A stretch of DNA of 56,859 nt from positions 1 to 56,859 of IMG/VR virus record IMGVR_UViG_3300045973_001145; one strand, 5' to 3'. The notes under the pieces were generated by a model. That model saw only the letters and a program-made list of their open reading frames with translations, did not search any database and was not told where the DNA came from. The position numbers and the translations under genes were made by a program. Positions 18,143 to 28,441 of the stretch are shown here, piece after piece. Source of the DNA: a virus (taxonomy: Duplodnaviria > Caudoviricetes). Within the stretch, counting starts at the first letter, position 1, and every line of letters begins with the position of its first letter.

Positions 18143-18581
18143 TATCTAAACTTATGAAATTTAATTCACTAATTTTAAGCATTCTAATCATAAGAGTAGC
18201 ATCTTTATATTTTTTCTGATTATTATTACATCTATAACCACTAAAGCCAGAGTTACTATCCTTTTCAGTATAATAATCTGCACTATCGCAAGTAACTTTG
18301 AATTTTTTACCTTGATAATCAGAAGGATTAGCACGAGGATTTATATTATCCATAGGTGCAGAAAAAACGCAATTTCTATACATAATGAAATTGTGAAGTT
18401 TAAACTTACATTGCCAGACAATACTAAGTTCGTCGTCACGTTCTTCACATTTATGTAGCAATTCTAACATTTCTTTAACTTTGTCGTCAGATAGAATAAT
18501 TAGTTCAAAGCCTTTTTCGGATTGACCAATCATTTTAATAACATTTTTGTCTTTTTGGTAGAATTTAAGAAATCTTTTCAT
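18126..18581 (-). CDS. Hypothetical protein with RxxK[LI] tail
   Basis: IRMLKISELN near the C-terminus; -7 box at 18607-18614. Confidence 0.65.
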   Translation of the reverse strand: MKRFLKFYQKDKNVIKMIGQSEKGFELIILSDDKVKEMLELLHKCEERDDELSIVWQCKFKLHNFIMYRNCVFSAPMDNINPRANPSDYQGKKFKVTCDSADYYTEKDSNSGFSGYRCNNNQKKYKDATLMIRMLKISELNFISLDSDENY

Positions 18582-18637
18582 TTTTTCAAATTTTAATTAT
18601 ACTTTACAAAGATAGAAATAATTTTTGAATAAAAAAA

Positions 18638-19825
18638 TTAAAATGTTGAAATTAATTTTTGAAAATGCTTATCAAAAATAGTTTTAACTCTTTCTTGATA
18701 TGATTTTGGAAAGATAATAGAATCGTGAACAGTAAATAATACAATTTCTGGATAAGTTTCATAAATTTCTTTGACTACATTGTTGAATATAAAATCACTT
18801 TCCATCTTCATCAATTCATGTGATAATTCTTTGTAGTTTTTCTTAACTTCTTTGAATTCTAAAACATATTCATACACGGATGGATATAATTTCTTAAAAA
18901 TATTATTAGCTTTCTTATTAGCTTTCACATTATCACCAAATAGAACTTTATAAATCAATTCTTTTGCTTCTTTTTTTTTCTCCAAACAAGAATTTGCAAT
19001 TATATCATCATATAATAAACCATTTTTAACTAAATCAAAATATTTATATGTATCACCATTAATGTGAGTTAGTTGCTTTTTTAAAATTACAGCAAAAAAT
19101 AATGGTTGGGAATTACTAATATCAACTTCCGCAATCATTTCATTGTTTATTGTTAAAAATTCATTACGAACTTCCTTTTTTAGAATTGTAAAATTTGTAT
19201 GAAATCTACCATAATCATCAAAATTATAATAGATATTATCTATGTCTATATTTTCTATTGATATTTTATTCTTATAGAATTTAGTATCATCCAATAATTT
19301 ATTATCTTTCAAATTTGTGATATATTTAATCGCTTCATCACAATCAATTGTTATTTTATTTAATGAATCAATTAATTTATCTCTTATGTCAAGGTTAATA
19401 CTATTTTTATCCATTTCAGTAATGGATGCTGTATTTCTATCTTTATTTTTTTTGATTAAAAATTTATCATGATTTTTCCATCTTATTATATCATAAGCAC
19501 ATTTAGAATCAATTTTATATGAATTTGTTTTTTTACCAACATAATATTTTGAAATTAAACTCATAAAACCATTAGCACATAAAAAATCTATGTAATAATT
19601 ATAATGTTCGCCATATTTTTTTCTGAGGATGCTAGATGATAAATTAAAAGACAATTCTGTATTATTGCTAAAATAATACTTAATCAAAAGTTCATTAATA
19701 ATATTAATTAGATAAGTGCTTTTTAATTTAACTCCATTGTGAATAAAACTAGGTTGTTGAGTTAAGTATATGAAATCTTTGGATATAAATTGTACTAAAT
19801 AGTCTTTATTAGATTGAGAAACCAC
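18638..19825 (-). CDS. Family A polymerase-like protein lacking exonuclease domains
   Basis: GRFHT, EVDISNSQP (motif A), KELIYKVLFG (B), TVHDSI (C). Confidence 0.65.
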   Translation of the reverse strand: MVSQSNKDYLVQFISKDFIYLTQQPSFIHNGVKLKSTYLINIINELLIKYYFSNNTELSFNLSSSILRKKYGEHYNYYIDFLCANGFMSLISKYYVGKKTNSYKIDSKCAYDIIRWKNHDKFLIKKNKDRNTASITEMDKNSINLDIRDKLIDSLNKITIDCDEAIKYITNLKDNKLLDDTKFYKNKISIENIDIDNIYYNFDDYGRFHTNFTILKKEVRNEFLTINNEMIAEVDISNSQPLFFAVILKKQLTHINGDTYKYFDLVKNGLLYDDIIANSCLEKKKEAKELIYKVLFGDNVKANKKANNIFKKLYPSVYEYVLEFKEVKKNYKELSHELMKMESDFIFNNVVKEIYETYPEIVLFTVHDSIIFPKSYQERVKTIFDKHFQKLISTF

Positions 19826-19877
19826 AAGAATGTTTTTCTTTATGTATCATAATAAATCATATTTGTTTTTTAAAAAT

Positions 19878-20501
19878 TTAAATATTTTCATCTTCATTAA
19901 ATGAAGCTTTTAATCTATTTAGTTTGTATTTTCTTAATGCAACCTTTACTTCGTATTGCTCAAAAAAATGTTGTTCAAAATCTTTTTTAACTCCTGTTAA
20001 TTCGCAATATATAACATCACCATTTTTATCAACAATTTGATATAATTCGTTTTTTTTATAATGTATTTTACCTTTGATAATTACCTCTTTATAAAGTTTA
20101 TCTTTGCCTGTTTGTTCATATAGTGGTGAAACAGGAATAAAAAAAACACCTGCAAAAAAATTCATATTATTTGGATAAAATTTTCCATTAATAACATTAC
20201 CATATTCAAATGTTATAAGAAAAAGTTTATCATTAATAACTTTTTTGTATGCTGAAAAGAAAATTTCAAAATTTGGTTGATAATTGTATGTACAAAATAC
20301 AATAGCATCATCATTGATATCATAAAATTTTAAATATTTAAGCTCAAATCCAAAGTCATCAAATTTTTGTAAAAGTTCACTATATTTAATTGGTGAAAAT
20401 TTTTCTTTTGAATTTTTTGAAATTAAAAAGTTATAATCAAAATCTACTGAACCTGGATTATATGAATTTTTAAAATTAATATGTATTACATCATGATACA
20501 T
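19878..20501 (-). CDS. Hypothetical protein with RKxKL tail
   Basis: LRKYKLNRLK near the C-terminus. Confidence 0.65.
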   Translation of the reverse strand: MYHDVIHINFKNSYNPGSVDFDYNFLISKNSKEKFSPIKYSELLQKFDDFGFELKYLKFYDINDDAIVFCTYNYQPNFEIFFSAYKKVINDKLFLITFEYGNVINGKFYPNNMNFFAGVFFIPVSPLYEQTGKDKLYKEVIIKGKIHYKKNELYQIVDKNGDVIYCELTGVKKDFEQHFFEQYEVKVALRKYKLNRLKASFNEDENI

Positions 20502-20834
20502 TAGTAATTCTTTTAATTATTTCTCTTTTACTTCCACCTTTTGGATGATTAATCATACCATTTGAAATACCTCTGTCATATAATATTTGTATATTCTCAA
20601 ATTGCTCAGATGTTGGATCTAAAATTTCACCAGTTTTTTCGTTTTTTAGAAACCAATGTGTTTTAATACATATGGTTTGAAATCACTACTTGGTCCACCT
20701 AATATCCAATATAAAGCTTCTGTTGCAATATAGCAATGCCCTGCTAAAGGATTTTCAAATTTTTTGGACCAAATTCCTTTGAGTAAATCAGGTGTTAATA
20801 CCGATTGAATTTTATGTATTAAAAAATTATACAT
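20491..20834 (-). pseudogene. Frameshifted hypothetical gene (Cys/His/Asp, possibly transglutaminase-like)
   Basis: GHCYIATEALY half stops at 20646; other frame continues THWFLKNEKTGEILDPTSEQF... to 20491. Confidence 0.65.
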
Positions 20835-21064
20835 TATTTTTTTAATAATTTAGTTTCTAATTGTATTACCTTAGCTTCTAATAGTTTTAATTTAGCCTCT
20901 AAAATTTTAAATTTATCTTCTACTTTATCGACATGACTTGTAATTACATTTACAATACCATAGTCTTTCATAAATTCTTCTTGTGTTAAAAAACACATAT
21001 TCTTAGATTTATCTAAGATTGACTTCAGAGAATAACCATATAATTTATTTATATCTTTATTCAT
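20834..21064 (-). CDS. Small coiled-coil protein
   Basis: ORF track. Confidence 0.55.
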   Translation of the reverse strand: MNKDINKLYGYSLKSILDKSKNMCFLTQEEFMKDYGIVNVITSHVDKVEDKFKILEAKLKLLEAKVIQLETKLLKK

Positions 21065-21510
21065 TAGAATATTTTTGGAAATACTGCGTTTACTCTATCT
21101 TTATAATTTATATATTCCAATCCAAACATTTTAATTAAATAATCTTCTTCAATATGAATATTATTTCTGAAAATTAGGTATGCTACAATTGGAATAGTGA
21201 GACCTATAACTGAGCCCCAATATAATACAATCCCAGGAATGATAAGAACAATCCAAGCTGAATAAATTGGATGTCTGCAAATTGCATATAAACCTTTTGT
21301 GCGAAGTCTACCTTCGTTAAAGTATTTGTCAATTGTCACTGCTGGATAAATGAATAAACAAAATCCAACAGAAATTAATACTATACCTAATGTATGAAAT
21401 CCTGAAAAATTTTCTGGAAAATAACTATGTATTAAATACATAAGTGCGGAATATATTGATGTCAATATTCCGAATTTTGGACCTATACCCCATCTTGTCA
21501 TTTTATTCAT
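21064..21510 (-). CDS. Isoprenylcysteine carboxyl methyltransferase/PEMT-family membrane protein
   Basis: GLYAICRHPIYS...IEEDYL..MFG.EY..YK.RV. Confidence 0.85.
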   Translation of the reverse strand: MNKMTRWGIGPKFGILTSIYSALMYLIHSYFPENFSGFHTLGIVLISVGFCLFIYPAVTIDKYFNEGRLRTKGLYAICRHPIYSAWIVLIIPGIVLYWGSVIGLTIPIVAYLIFRNNIHIEEDYLIKMFGLEYINYKDRVNAVFPKIF

Positions 21511-21716
21511 TTGAATTTAATATTAGTTGGATATACTGTACTATTAAAATGATGATTAACCAATTTATGTGTTTTTGCATTTTTTTGAGATGTTGATAAT
21601 TTTTCAAAATCTAAAAAACTACATTCTAAATCATCTTCATCTATTATAAATTTAATTTTCTTTGTTTTGAAACCACAACCATAACTAATTGTATATGATA
21701 CTTCCATTTTATTCAT
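21507..21716 (-). CDS. Hypothetical protein
   Basis: ORF track. Confidence 0.5.
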   Translation of the reverse strand: MNKMEVSYTISYGCGFKTKKIKFIIDEDDLECSFLDFEKLSTSQKNAKTHKLVNHHFNSTVYPTNIKFK

Positions 21717-22218
21717 AATTTTCTTTGAAAATTTTGTTTAATTCTTTAATTTTTAATTTTTTATCATTTCTCTCTTTTTCTTCTTTTTCTTCTTTCAATC
21801 TATTTTTTTCATCTAATTTATTATAAATTGATTCCAAATCAGTTGATAATTCAGTTATTTTTTTTGATTCACATAGAAAATATGTACCAACTTCATAAAA
21901 TCTATAAAATAATAGCGTAATTGGATATGGAATTAACAAAAATAACCATATCTTAGCAGTTAAATTTTCATCATACATTAAAGTCCATTTACCAACATAA
22001 TAATCACTACTATATTGTTTTTGATACATTTTAAAAATTGGATCAACTTTGGTGAAATATTTTTTTAATTTTGGAAGTTTAATTGATATGCTAATTTTAT
22101 CATAAACAGTTGTCAAATATAAAAATAAATTTACTACTGCGCTAAATATCATCCAACAAAATAATGTTCCGCAATAAGAGATTACATACACTACAAGATT
22201 TCCAAAAAATTCTTTCAT
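21709..22218 (-). CDS. Membrane protein
   Basis: Two hydrophobic segments; KKLKIKELN tail. Confidence 0.65.
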   Translation of the reverse strand: MKEFFGNLVVYVISYCGTLFCWMIFSAVVNLFLYLTTVYDKISISIKLPKLKKYFTKVDPIFKMYQKQYSSDYYVGKWTLMYDENLTAKIWLFLLIPYPITLLFYRFYEVGTYFLCESKKITELSTDLESIYNKLDEKNRLKEEKEEKERNDKKLKIKELNKIFKENYE

Positions 22219-22234
22219 TTTATTATTTTTTAAG

Positions 22235-22570
22235 TTATACTAATGTGCTTAATGTGTGATTAATAAGTTTTTTTGTTGATTCTGTCCAATGAATGAAAAA
22301 ATCATTTTTTTCAAAATTTTTAACATTTTTCATAAAATTTTCATCTTCTGAAATAAAAACAAAAGATGTGATAACAGTATCATTTTCTTCGAATTTTTCT
22401 AATTTTTGAGAATATTCTTGTTTTAGATCAGAATATATATCAAGAAGATTGTCAATATTAAAATCTGGATTTGCTGTTTTAACTGATTCGAATGTTGGCT
22501 CAACAGGTTTTACAACTACTTTACGAGTATAATTTAGAATTACATCGAAAACTTCAGAATATTCAGTCAT
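22235..22570 (-). CDS. Hypothetical protein (start revised to MTEYSEVF)
   Basis: -7 box TATCTTTG at 22592-22599. Confidence 0.65.
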   Translation of the reverse strand: MTEYSEVFDVILNYTRKVVVKPVEPTFESVKTANPDFNIDNLLDIYSDLKQEYSQKLEKFEENDTVITSFVFISEDENFMKNVKNFEKNDFFIHWTESTKKLINHTLSTLV

Positions 22571-22626
22571 ATCTTTAATATTAATGAGTTGCAAAGATAC
22601 AACTAATAATTGAAATAAAAAAATTA

Positions 22627-23106
22627 TTAAAGATTAAATTTATTTAATGTTGGTGCTGAATCTCTACGAAATTCATGTTTTTTAACAAGATCATCGTATA
22701 CTTGTTTTCTTCTGTCTCCTGTTATTTTTCCTAATTCAAGTTTATGCTCGTCAATTAAGTTTATTGTCCAAGGCTCAAGTTGAGATGTTCCTTTACCTTC
22801 TACTTCTATATCTAATTCTTTTGGTAACCAAATATAATATAGTTTAGAATCGTTTTGAAATCTTATTCTCAGTTGCATTCCTTGCATATTTGCAATGCTA
22901 TTTTTGTCTCCTGATATTTTTATCATTCTTTCGATGTCTAAAGATTTTGTATAACGACCATCATCATCTTTTACAAAAGTATCTTTAGCAATAAAAAGAT
23001 AAAAATCATGATCTTTGGCGATAGGATTATTATCAAGTATATCTTTTAAAAAATCTTCATTAAATATACTATCTTTTCTATCTTCAAATTGTTTAAGGTA
23101 TTTCAT
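22627..23106 (-). CDS. Putative head-internal protein (MKYLKQFE...NKFNL); start revised
   Basis: TTAATATATA at 23127-23136 just upstream; shared terminal motifs. Confidence 0.65.
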   Translation of the reverse strand: MKYLKQFEDRKDSIFNEDFLKDILDNNPIAKDHDFYLFIAKDTFVKDDDGRYTKSLDIERMIKISGDKNSIANMQGMQLRIRFQNDSKLYYIWLPKELDIEVEGKGTSQLEPWTINLIDEHKLELGKITGDRRKQVYDDLVKKHEFRRDSAPTLNKFNL

Positions 23107-23214
23107 TTTATAGAATTTATTTTTAATATATATTAAAAAATAAAGATGAGTTTTATATTTTAATAAAAATCCATATTTTTTATTTAATATATAGAATAAA
23201 AATAAAAATAGCAT

Positions 23215-23409
23215 ATGAAAACAAGAAAAAATATTAGAGATGCATTCAAATCTAATGGTGGTGATGCAAGTATAGCAGATGAATTGCAAACTGCGGAAAT
23301 AACTAGTATTACTACTTATCCTAGTAATATTAATGATTTTTATGTGTATTACACATATGCTGCTGTAAATAAGAAAATTTCATTCACTGATGGTGAAGAA
23401 AATGCATAA
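23215..23409 (+). CDS. Small late protein
   Basis: TTAATATATA at 23184-23193. Confidence 0.6.
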   Translation: MKTRKNIRDAFKSNGGDASIADELQTAEITSITTYPSNINDFYVYYTYAAVNKKISFTDGEENA

Positions 23410-23425
23410 AAAATAATTTAAAAAA

Positions 23426-24376
23426 ATGAGAATAAGAAAATTAATGTATGATTCGTTCTATTCAAATAACGAAGCGTTTTCTGGTGTGACTGCTATAGAA
23501 AACTTAGGTAGTGATTTATATTTTCACTATATTAAAAACGAAAGTGGTCATTATAAATTGTCTGGTAATACTGCTGCAACAGCATCTGGTGTTATTTTTG
23601 AAGATTCTGTGACAACTTCTATTGTTGTTACACCTACTGGCTATACGAATTATAGAGGTCTTGGTGACCAAATATCAGTTGTTAATCAAGATGGTGTTAA
23701 TGTAATTTCAGAATGTACTTTTGTTAGTGCAAATACTGGTATTACTGTAGTTGATTCTGATGGAGCATTTGGAATTGATTTTACCGCTATTACAGGAACA
23801 ACAAGAATTAATGTAACACATAATGATGGACCAACAGGCACTACAATTGTTACTTGTTTACCATATACTTCAATAGACGCAACTATTAATGGTGGAAATA
23901 TAGTATATACTAATTTTACTGGTGCAACAACATCTATGGATGTTCACTTTAATAGTGACACAATTACCGCATATACAACATTAACAAGTCAAAATACAGC
24001 AGCAGTTACTGTAGATTCTTCTGGATTAGTTACTCTTGTAGGAACTGGTACAACTACTATTACTGCAACAATAGATGGTCTAAGTGATTCAGTTACAGTT
24101 ACAAGTTATTGGCCAGTCACATCAGTTGTAGTAACGCCAGCAGCATTTACTGGAACTACAACGGGTCAAACTCAACAATTGACTGTTGTTGATCAAAATG
24201 GTAGAAATATTATAGCTGAATGTACATTTGTATCATATGATACTTCAATATTTACTGTAGATACTACAGGTTTAGTAACCTGTGTTGGTAATGTTGGAGA
24301 TGGTTATGTCACAGCAACACATACTGCATCAGGTAAATATGCAAGACCTGTTACAACTTGGAGATTCCAACCATAA
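23426..24376 (+). CDS. Ig-like (Big_2) domain virion protein
   Basis: Repeated TVDSSGLVTLVGTGTTTITAT-type Ig segments; Thr-rich. Confidence 0.75.
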   Translation: MRIRKLMYDSFYSNNEAFSGVTAIENLGSDLYFHYIKNESGHYKLSGNTAATASGVIFEDSVTTSIVVTPTGYTNYRGLGDQISVVNQDGVNVISECTFVSANTGITVVDSDGAFGIDFTAITGTTRINVTHNDGPTGTTIVTCLPYTSIDATINGGNIVYTNFTGATTSMDVHFNSDTITAYTTLTSQNTAAVTVDSSGLVTLVGTGTTTITATIDGLSDSVTVTSYWPVTSVVVTPAAFTGTTTGQTQQLTVVDQNGRNIIAECTFVSYDTSIFTVDTTGLVTCVGNVGDGYVTATHTASGKYARPVTTWRFQP

Positions 24377-24394
24377 TATGAATAATAATAAAAT

Positions 24395-24424
24395 AAAAAA
24401 AGCCACTTTAAAGTGGCTTTTTTT
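24395..24424. terminator. Bidirectional intrinsic terminator
   Basis: AAAAAAAGCCACT-ttaa-AGTGGCTTTTTTT. Confidence 0.85.
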
Positions 24425-24614
24425 GTTTTAAATATGAAATTCATAAGAAACAACATTCAGGATATATTTTAAAACATCATGAAACTGGACTTTATTATAT
24501 ACTTATGAATGTGAAAAAGAACAGAATGAAGCAAAAAAAGAAACCACTATAAATAATGGCTTCTTGTTTAAATTTTTGATAAATAAAAATTACAAATTAT
24601 TTGTAATTAACTAA

Positions 24615-25574
24615 TTATTGATCATCTGAATCCAATTCAAAAAAGTCTCCAGCGTCATCGGTATCTTCACCAAATGTATCTTCTTCTTTTGTTGATATAT
24701 CATCATTTTTAGATGATTTAGCTGCTTTTTGAGTAGAGTTAATTTCATTACCATTAAGAATTTCTAAAATTTGGGTAACTTTATATTTTTCTTCTGATGT
24801 CCATTCTGCTTTTGGCATATGATCTTCCAAATTAACTATTCTATCCATTAAGAAAGTTGTAATTTTTTCTTTTGCTTTCGCATTAGTAATTTTACTTTTT
24901 CCAGTTTTTTCATCAATTTCAACTGGTGCTTTAACAAATTTACCATCTTTACCAGGAATTTGAATTGGACTAATATCCATAAATGTGCTAGAATCGTAAT
25001 TAGGAAATTCACCAAGTTGCTTCATAACAAGTTTGAAATTTTTACCATTAGCAATATCAAAAACATTACAAGGATCACCAGAAATACCATCTTTTTGATC
25101 TTTAATTTTTTCCTTGATCTTGTAACCATAAGGATAGATTAAAATTTTACCTTCTAATTCACGATTTTGTTCATCTTCAATAACAAGAATATATGAATAA
25201 TATTTTGTATTTCTACTAATCAAAGCTGCTTTTTCAACGTCAGAAGCATTTTTTGAATTAAATAGTTTCCAATACATAGTACAGAAATCACATTTGTCTG
25301 TAAAATTTTTCATACAATCATAATATCCAGCTAATTCAGGATGATTTTTGAAGTCAACATAATGTTGGTGTTTTTCAATTGCTGCTTGAGCTACTTTGCC
25401 TTCTTTTGTGAGATTAGGTAAGAACCTAATTGTTGCTACATAACCTTTCTTTTTGTCTGTTATTTTTGGACGGAAGATGCCATCTAATGCACCACCTTTT
25501 TTTTCTAGAAAATCTAGAGTTTCACTACCTGCGTCAATACTGTCGAATATATCGACATTTTCAATTTCTCTCAT
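24615..25574 (-). CDS. T4 gp32-like single-stranded DNA-binding protein
   Basis: ATIRFLP, C..C..C Zn ligands, YYSYILVIED, FDIANGKNFKL, PNYDSSTF, acidic tail. Confidence 0.85.
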   Translation of the reverse strand: MREIENVDIFDSIDAGSETLDFLEKKGGALDGIFRPKITDKKKGYVATIRFLPNLTKEGKVAQAAIEKHQHYVDFKNHPELAGYYDCMKNFTDKCDFCTMYWKLFNSKNASDVEKAALISRNTKYYSYILVIEDEQNRELEGKILIYPYGYKIKEKIKDQKDGISGDPCNVFDIANGKNFKLVMKQLGEFPNYDSSTFMDISPIQIPGKDGKFVKAPVEIDEKTGKSKITNAKAKEKITTFLMDRIVNLEDHMPKAEWTSEEKYKVTQILEILNGNEINSTQKAAKSSKNDDISTKEEDTFGEDTDDAGDFFELDSDDQ

Positions 25575-25575
25575 C

Positions 25576-25640
25576 TGCCTTTAATTTATTTTTTAAGCCT
25601 TTAAGCCTTAAAAACATTCCAAATGCCTTATCAGCCTTGA
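25576..25640 (-). repeat. Five AAGGC motifs in the gp32 5' leader
   Basis: GCCTT on + strand at about 25577, 25597, 25605, 25625, 25634. Confidence 0.65.
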
Positions 25641-25655
25641 AACATTTTATATATT

Positions 25656-25683
25656 TTATATGATAAATCATATAAAAAGTTTA
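25656..25683 (-). promoter_or_regulatory. Putative middle promoter TAAAC-N17-ATATAA
   Basis: Same architecture at 27492, 46203, 47133. Confidence 0.6.
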
Positions 25684-25753
25684 ATTTAATTTAATATTTA
25701 TTATTACATTTTTTCCTAAAAGAATTTAATAAATTTATTCATTGGCCGTATTC

Positions 25754-26125
25754 TCATTCACTCAAGTATTTTTTATCAATATTCTGTTTAATAGTTGAGT
25801 TATTATAAAATTCTTCAAATTTATATCCCAATCCATCTAATTTCTTATTTAACATACATTGAAGATTATATAAATTAAATTGCCAGAAATTTACATAAAA
25901 TTGGTTGTATTCATTAAAGCTGAATATATCTATATCTTCAAGATTCTTTAAAGTTTGATTTAAAAATTCAACACAAAATTCATCATATGTATATTGAAAA
26001 TTAATATTTGATTCATATAAGTCCTTATTTATGAACTCAATAGTATTCTTATATGCCTTATAGTCATCAACAAAGGATGTTGTAAGCGCAAAATGTAAAA
26101 CTTTCTTTCTATCATCAACAGTCAT
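25754..26125 (-). CDS. Hypothetical late protein
   Basis: TTAATATATA at 26130-26139. Confidence 0.6.
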   Translation of the reverse strand: MTVDDRKKVLHFALTTSFVDDYKAYKNTIEFINKDLYESNINFQYTYDEFCVEFLNQTLKNLEDIDIFSFNEYNQFYVNFWQFNLYNLQCMLNKKLDGLGYKFEEFYNNSTIKQNIDKKYLSE

Positions 26126-26222
26126 ATGTTATATATTAATAATTATATTTAATATTTTTCGTATTTATAAAATTTATCAGAGTAATTTATTTTATATATA
26201 ATGGTAAAATAAAGTAATACTA

Positions 26223-27494
26223 ATGAGAATAACACAAGGTGTTTTAAAATGGTGTAATGTTACTAATATCACATTTGAAGATAAATATTCAGATATGAAA
26301 TCTATTATAACAACTTCAGATTATCATTCTAAATTTGCATCAAAAGAAACTATATCAAAAACATCTACTGTATTATCAAAAAATAATAATTATTATAATA
26401 GTGTTGAAGAATGTACATTAAATAATTGTAATGTTAAAAATGGTAAATTTGTTAATACTTCATTTTATGGTTTATCCAGTAATTTAAATTATATTGATGA
26501 TGGGTTTTTTAGCGGGTGTAGTTTTTCTGGATATACTATTAATGGTGGAAAATTTTATAATTGTGTTATAAATTCAAGTAATGTTTGGAATAATGGTGAA
26601 TGGAATAATGTAAATGGCACTGCTGATTTTCACGCTATTTGGAATGATGGTGTTTGGAATAGTGGTGTTTTTGGTGTTGGATCTTGGCTAGGTGGTACAT
26701 TTAATGATGGCACATTTCAATCTCCTGCAATATGGTATGGTGGCGTAGCAAATGGCGGAACATTTAATGGTATAGTTTGGAATAATGGTTTAGTCCGAAA
26801 TGCAATTTTTAATTATTGTACATTTATAGATGGTATTTTTAATAATGGAGCAATGAATAATACAACATTTAGTGGTGGAACATTTAATGGCGGTACAATG
26901 AATAATTCTATTATCAATAATGGTATTATAAATAATGGCACTTTTTATGGTCTAATTATTAATTATGCGGAAATAAGAAGTGGAAATTTTAATCATGTTC
27001 TAATAAATGATGCTGATGTTTATGATATTGATTGTAAAAATATGAAGATATATGGTGGTAGATTTTATAGTGGAAATTATAATAGAAGTGTACAATTTTA
27101 TGGTGGTGATATACATAATGGTATATATTTAAATTGTACTATTGGAGAATCATCAAATCCATTTGAACTTTTTGTACATAATGGTGTTTTTAAAGATTGT
27201 TATTTAGATTCTACAACTGTTAATAATGGAAATTTTACTAATTGTTATTCAAATAATATTATTTGGAATTATGGTGTTTATACAGATGGCACAATGAGTA
27301 ATAGTGAATGGTTTGATGGATATTGGAACGATGGTAATTTTGATGGAACTGGAGTTTGGTACAATGGACAGTTTTATGGTGGTGTTTTTGCATCTACTTG
27401 TATTTGGTATGACGGTAATTTCTATTATGGCTCTAAAAATGGTGTTGTTTTTGATCCACCTGCACCTAAGCCTAAACCATTTATTAAAAAATAA
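26223..27494 (+). CDS. G/N-rich pentapeptide-repeat beta-helix protein (likely virion)
   Basis: Dozens of [WF]xxGx five-residue repeats. Confidence 0.7.
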   Translation: MRITQGVLKWCNVTNITFEDKYSDMKSIITTSDYHSKFASKETISKTSTVLSKNNNYYNSVEECTLNNCNVKNGKFVNTSFYGLSSNLNYIDDGFFSGCSFSGYTINGGKFYNCVINSSNVWNNGEWNNVNGTADFHAIWNDGVWNSGVFGVGSWLGGTFNDGTFQSPAIWYGGVANGGTFNGIVWNNGLVRNAIFNYCTFIDGIFNNGAMNNTTFSGGTFNGGTMNNSIINNGIINNGTFYGLIINYAEIRSGNFNHVLINDADVYDIDCKNMKIYGGRFYSGNYNRSVQFYGGDIHNGIYLNCTIGESSNPFELFVHNGVFKDCYLDSTTVNNGNFTNCYSNNIIWNYGVYTDGTMSNSEWFDGYWNDGNFDGTGVWYNGQFYGGVFASTCIWYDGNFYYGSKNGVVFDPPAPKPKPFIKK

Positions 27495-27519
27495 ACTTTC
27501 TCAATTTTTTGTCATATAA
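27492..27519 (+). promoter_or_regulatory. Putative middle promoter TAAAC-N17-ATATAA
   Basis: Exact motif 13 nt before ATG 27533. Confidence 0.6.
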
Positions 27520-27532
27520 AAAAATAAAATAT

Positions 27533-28342
27533 ATGGCACAAATCTTAGATTTCATCAAAAAAAATTACTTCTTCATATTAGTTATTGCTGTAGTGGTATT
27601 ATCTGTACTTCTATTTAATACTTGCTCAACACTTAAAACTGAAAGAGCTGATAGAAAATATCAAGAAAAACAAGATGCACAAAATTATAGCGCAAAATTA
27701 GATAGCGTCACTGTTATATATGATAAAAAATTGAAAGCTTATGTATCATCAAAAGATGAATATGTTGTTAAAGAATTGTCTGATTTAAAAAAATATAATT
27801 TAGAATTAGCAGCCGAAATAAAAAAGATTAAAGGTGATGTTATTGATGCTATTAATAGTAAAGCTCAAATAGATATTGGTAAAATTTCAACTTCAAGTAA
27901 AGTTGTTGTTTTAGATGAAAAAACAAATCATTATGGACTTAATTTCACTAGTGGGTATAAAGATCCAGGATTTACGCAAACAATAGAAGGTACTAGTAGA
28001 TTTTTTGTAATTCCAGACTTAACCGCAAAAAAATGGTCAATTAAAGCTGATTCAACAATATTTAATACTGATTTAACTACAATAAGTGTTACATATGGCT
28101 CAAGACTAAATAAAGATAAAAAATATGAAGTCTTTGCAATTTCACCATCACCTAAAGTTAAGTTTATTGACTTGACTGGTGCATATATTATTGAAAATCA
28201 GCCAAAGCCAGCTCCACTTAAAACTAAAAGATTTGGAATAGGACCATATATTGGCTATGGATTGAATAACTTTAATTCACCAAAATTCGGTATGAGTATT
28301 GGAGTAGCAGCACACTATGATCTTTTACAATTTAAATTTTAA
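27533..28342 (+). CDS. Membrane-anchored protein, possibly spanin-like (start revised to MAQILDF)
   Basis: N-terminal TM, coiled coil, C-terminal RFGIGPYIGYG...IGVAAHYDL beta-hairpin. Confidence 0.55.
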   Translation: MAQILDFIKKNYFFILVIAVVVLSVLLFNTCSTLKTERADRKYQEKQDAQNYSAKLDSVTVIYDKKLKAYVSSKDEYVVKELSDLKKYNLELAAEIKKIKGDVIDAINSKAQIDIGKISTSSKVVVLDEKTNHYGLNFTSGYKDPGFTQTIEGTSRFFVIPDLTAKKWSIKADSTIFNTDLTTISVTYGSRLNKDKKYEVFAISPSPKVKFIDLTGAYIIENQPKPAPLKTKRFGIGPYIGYGLNNFNSPKFGMSIGVAAHYDLLQFKF

Positions 28343-28371
28343 ATTTAATGATAAATTATAAAAAAAATGAT

Positions 28372-28379
28372 TATCTTTG
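28372..28379 (+). promoter_or_regulatory. Early promoter -7 box TATCTTTG
   Basis: Heads the + strand 28442-29693 operon. Confidence 0.55.
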
Positions 28380-28441
28380 CTTAATTAAAAATGAAAAATA
28401 AATATTAAAAAAAACAAGATTAAAAAAACTTAATAAATTAA

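Noticed and set aside
24430-24612. Coding-like sequence after the terminator
   Set aside because: Fragmented frames without a convincing start; at most a decayed remnant
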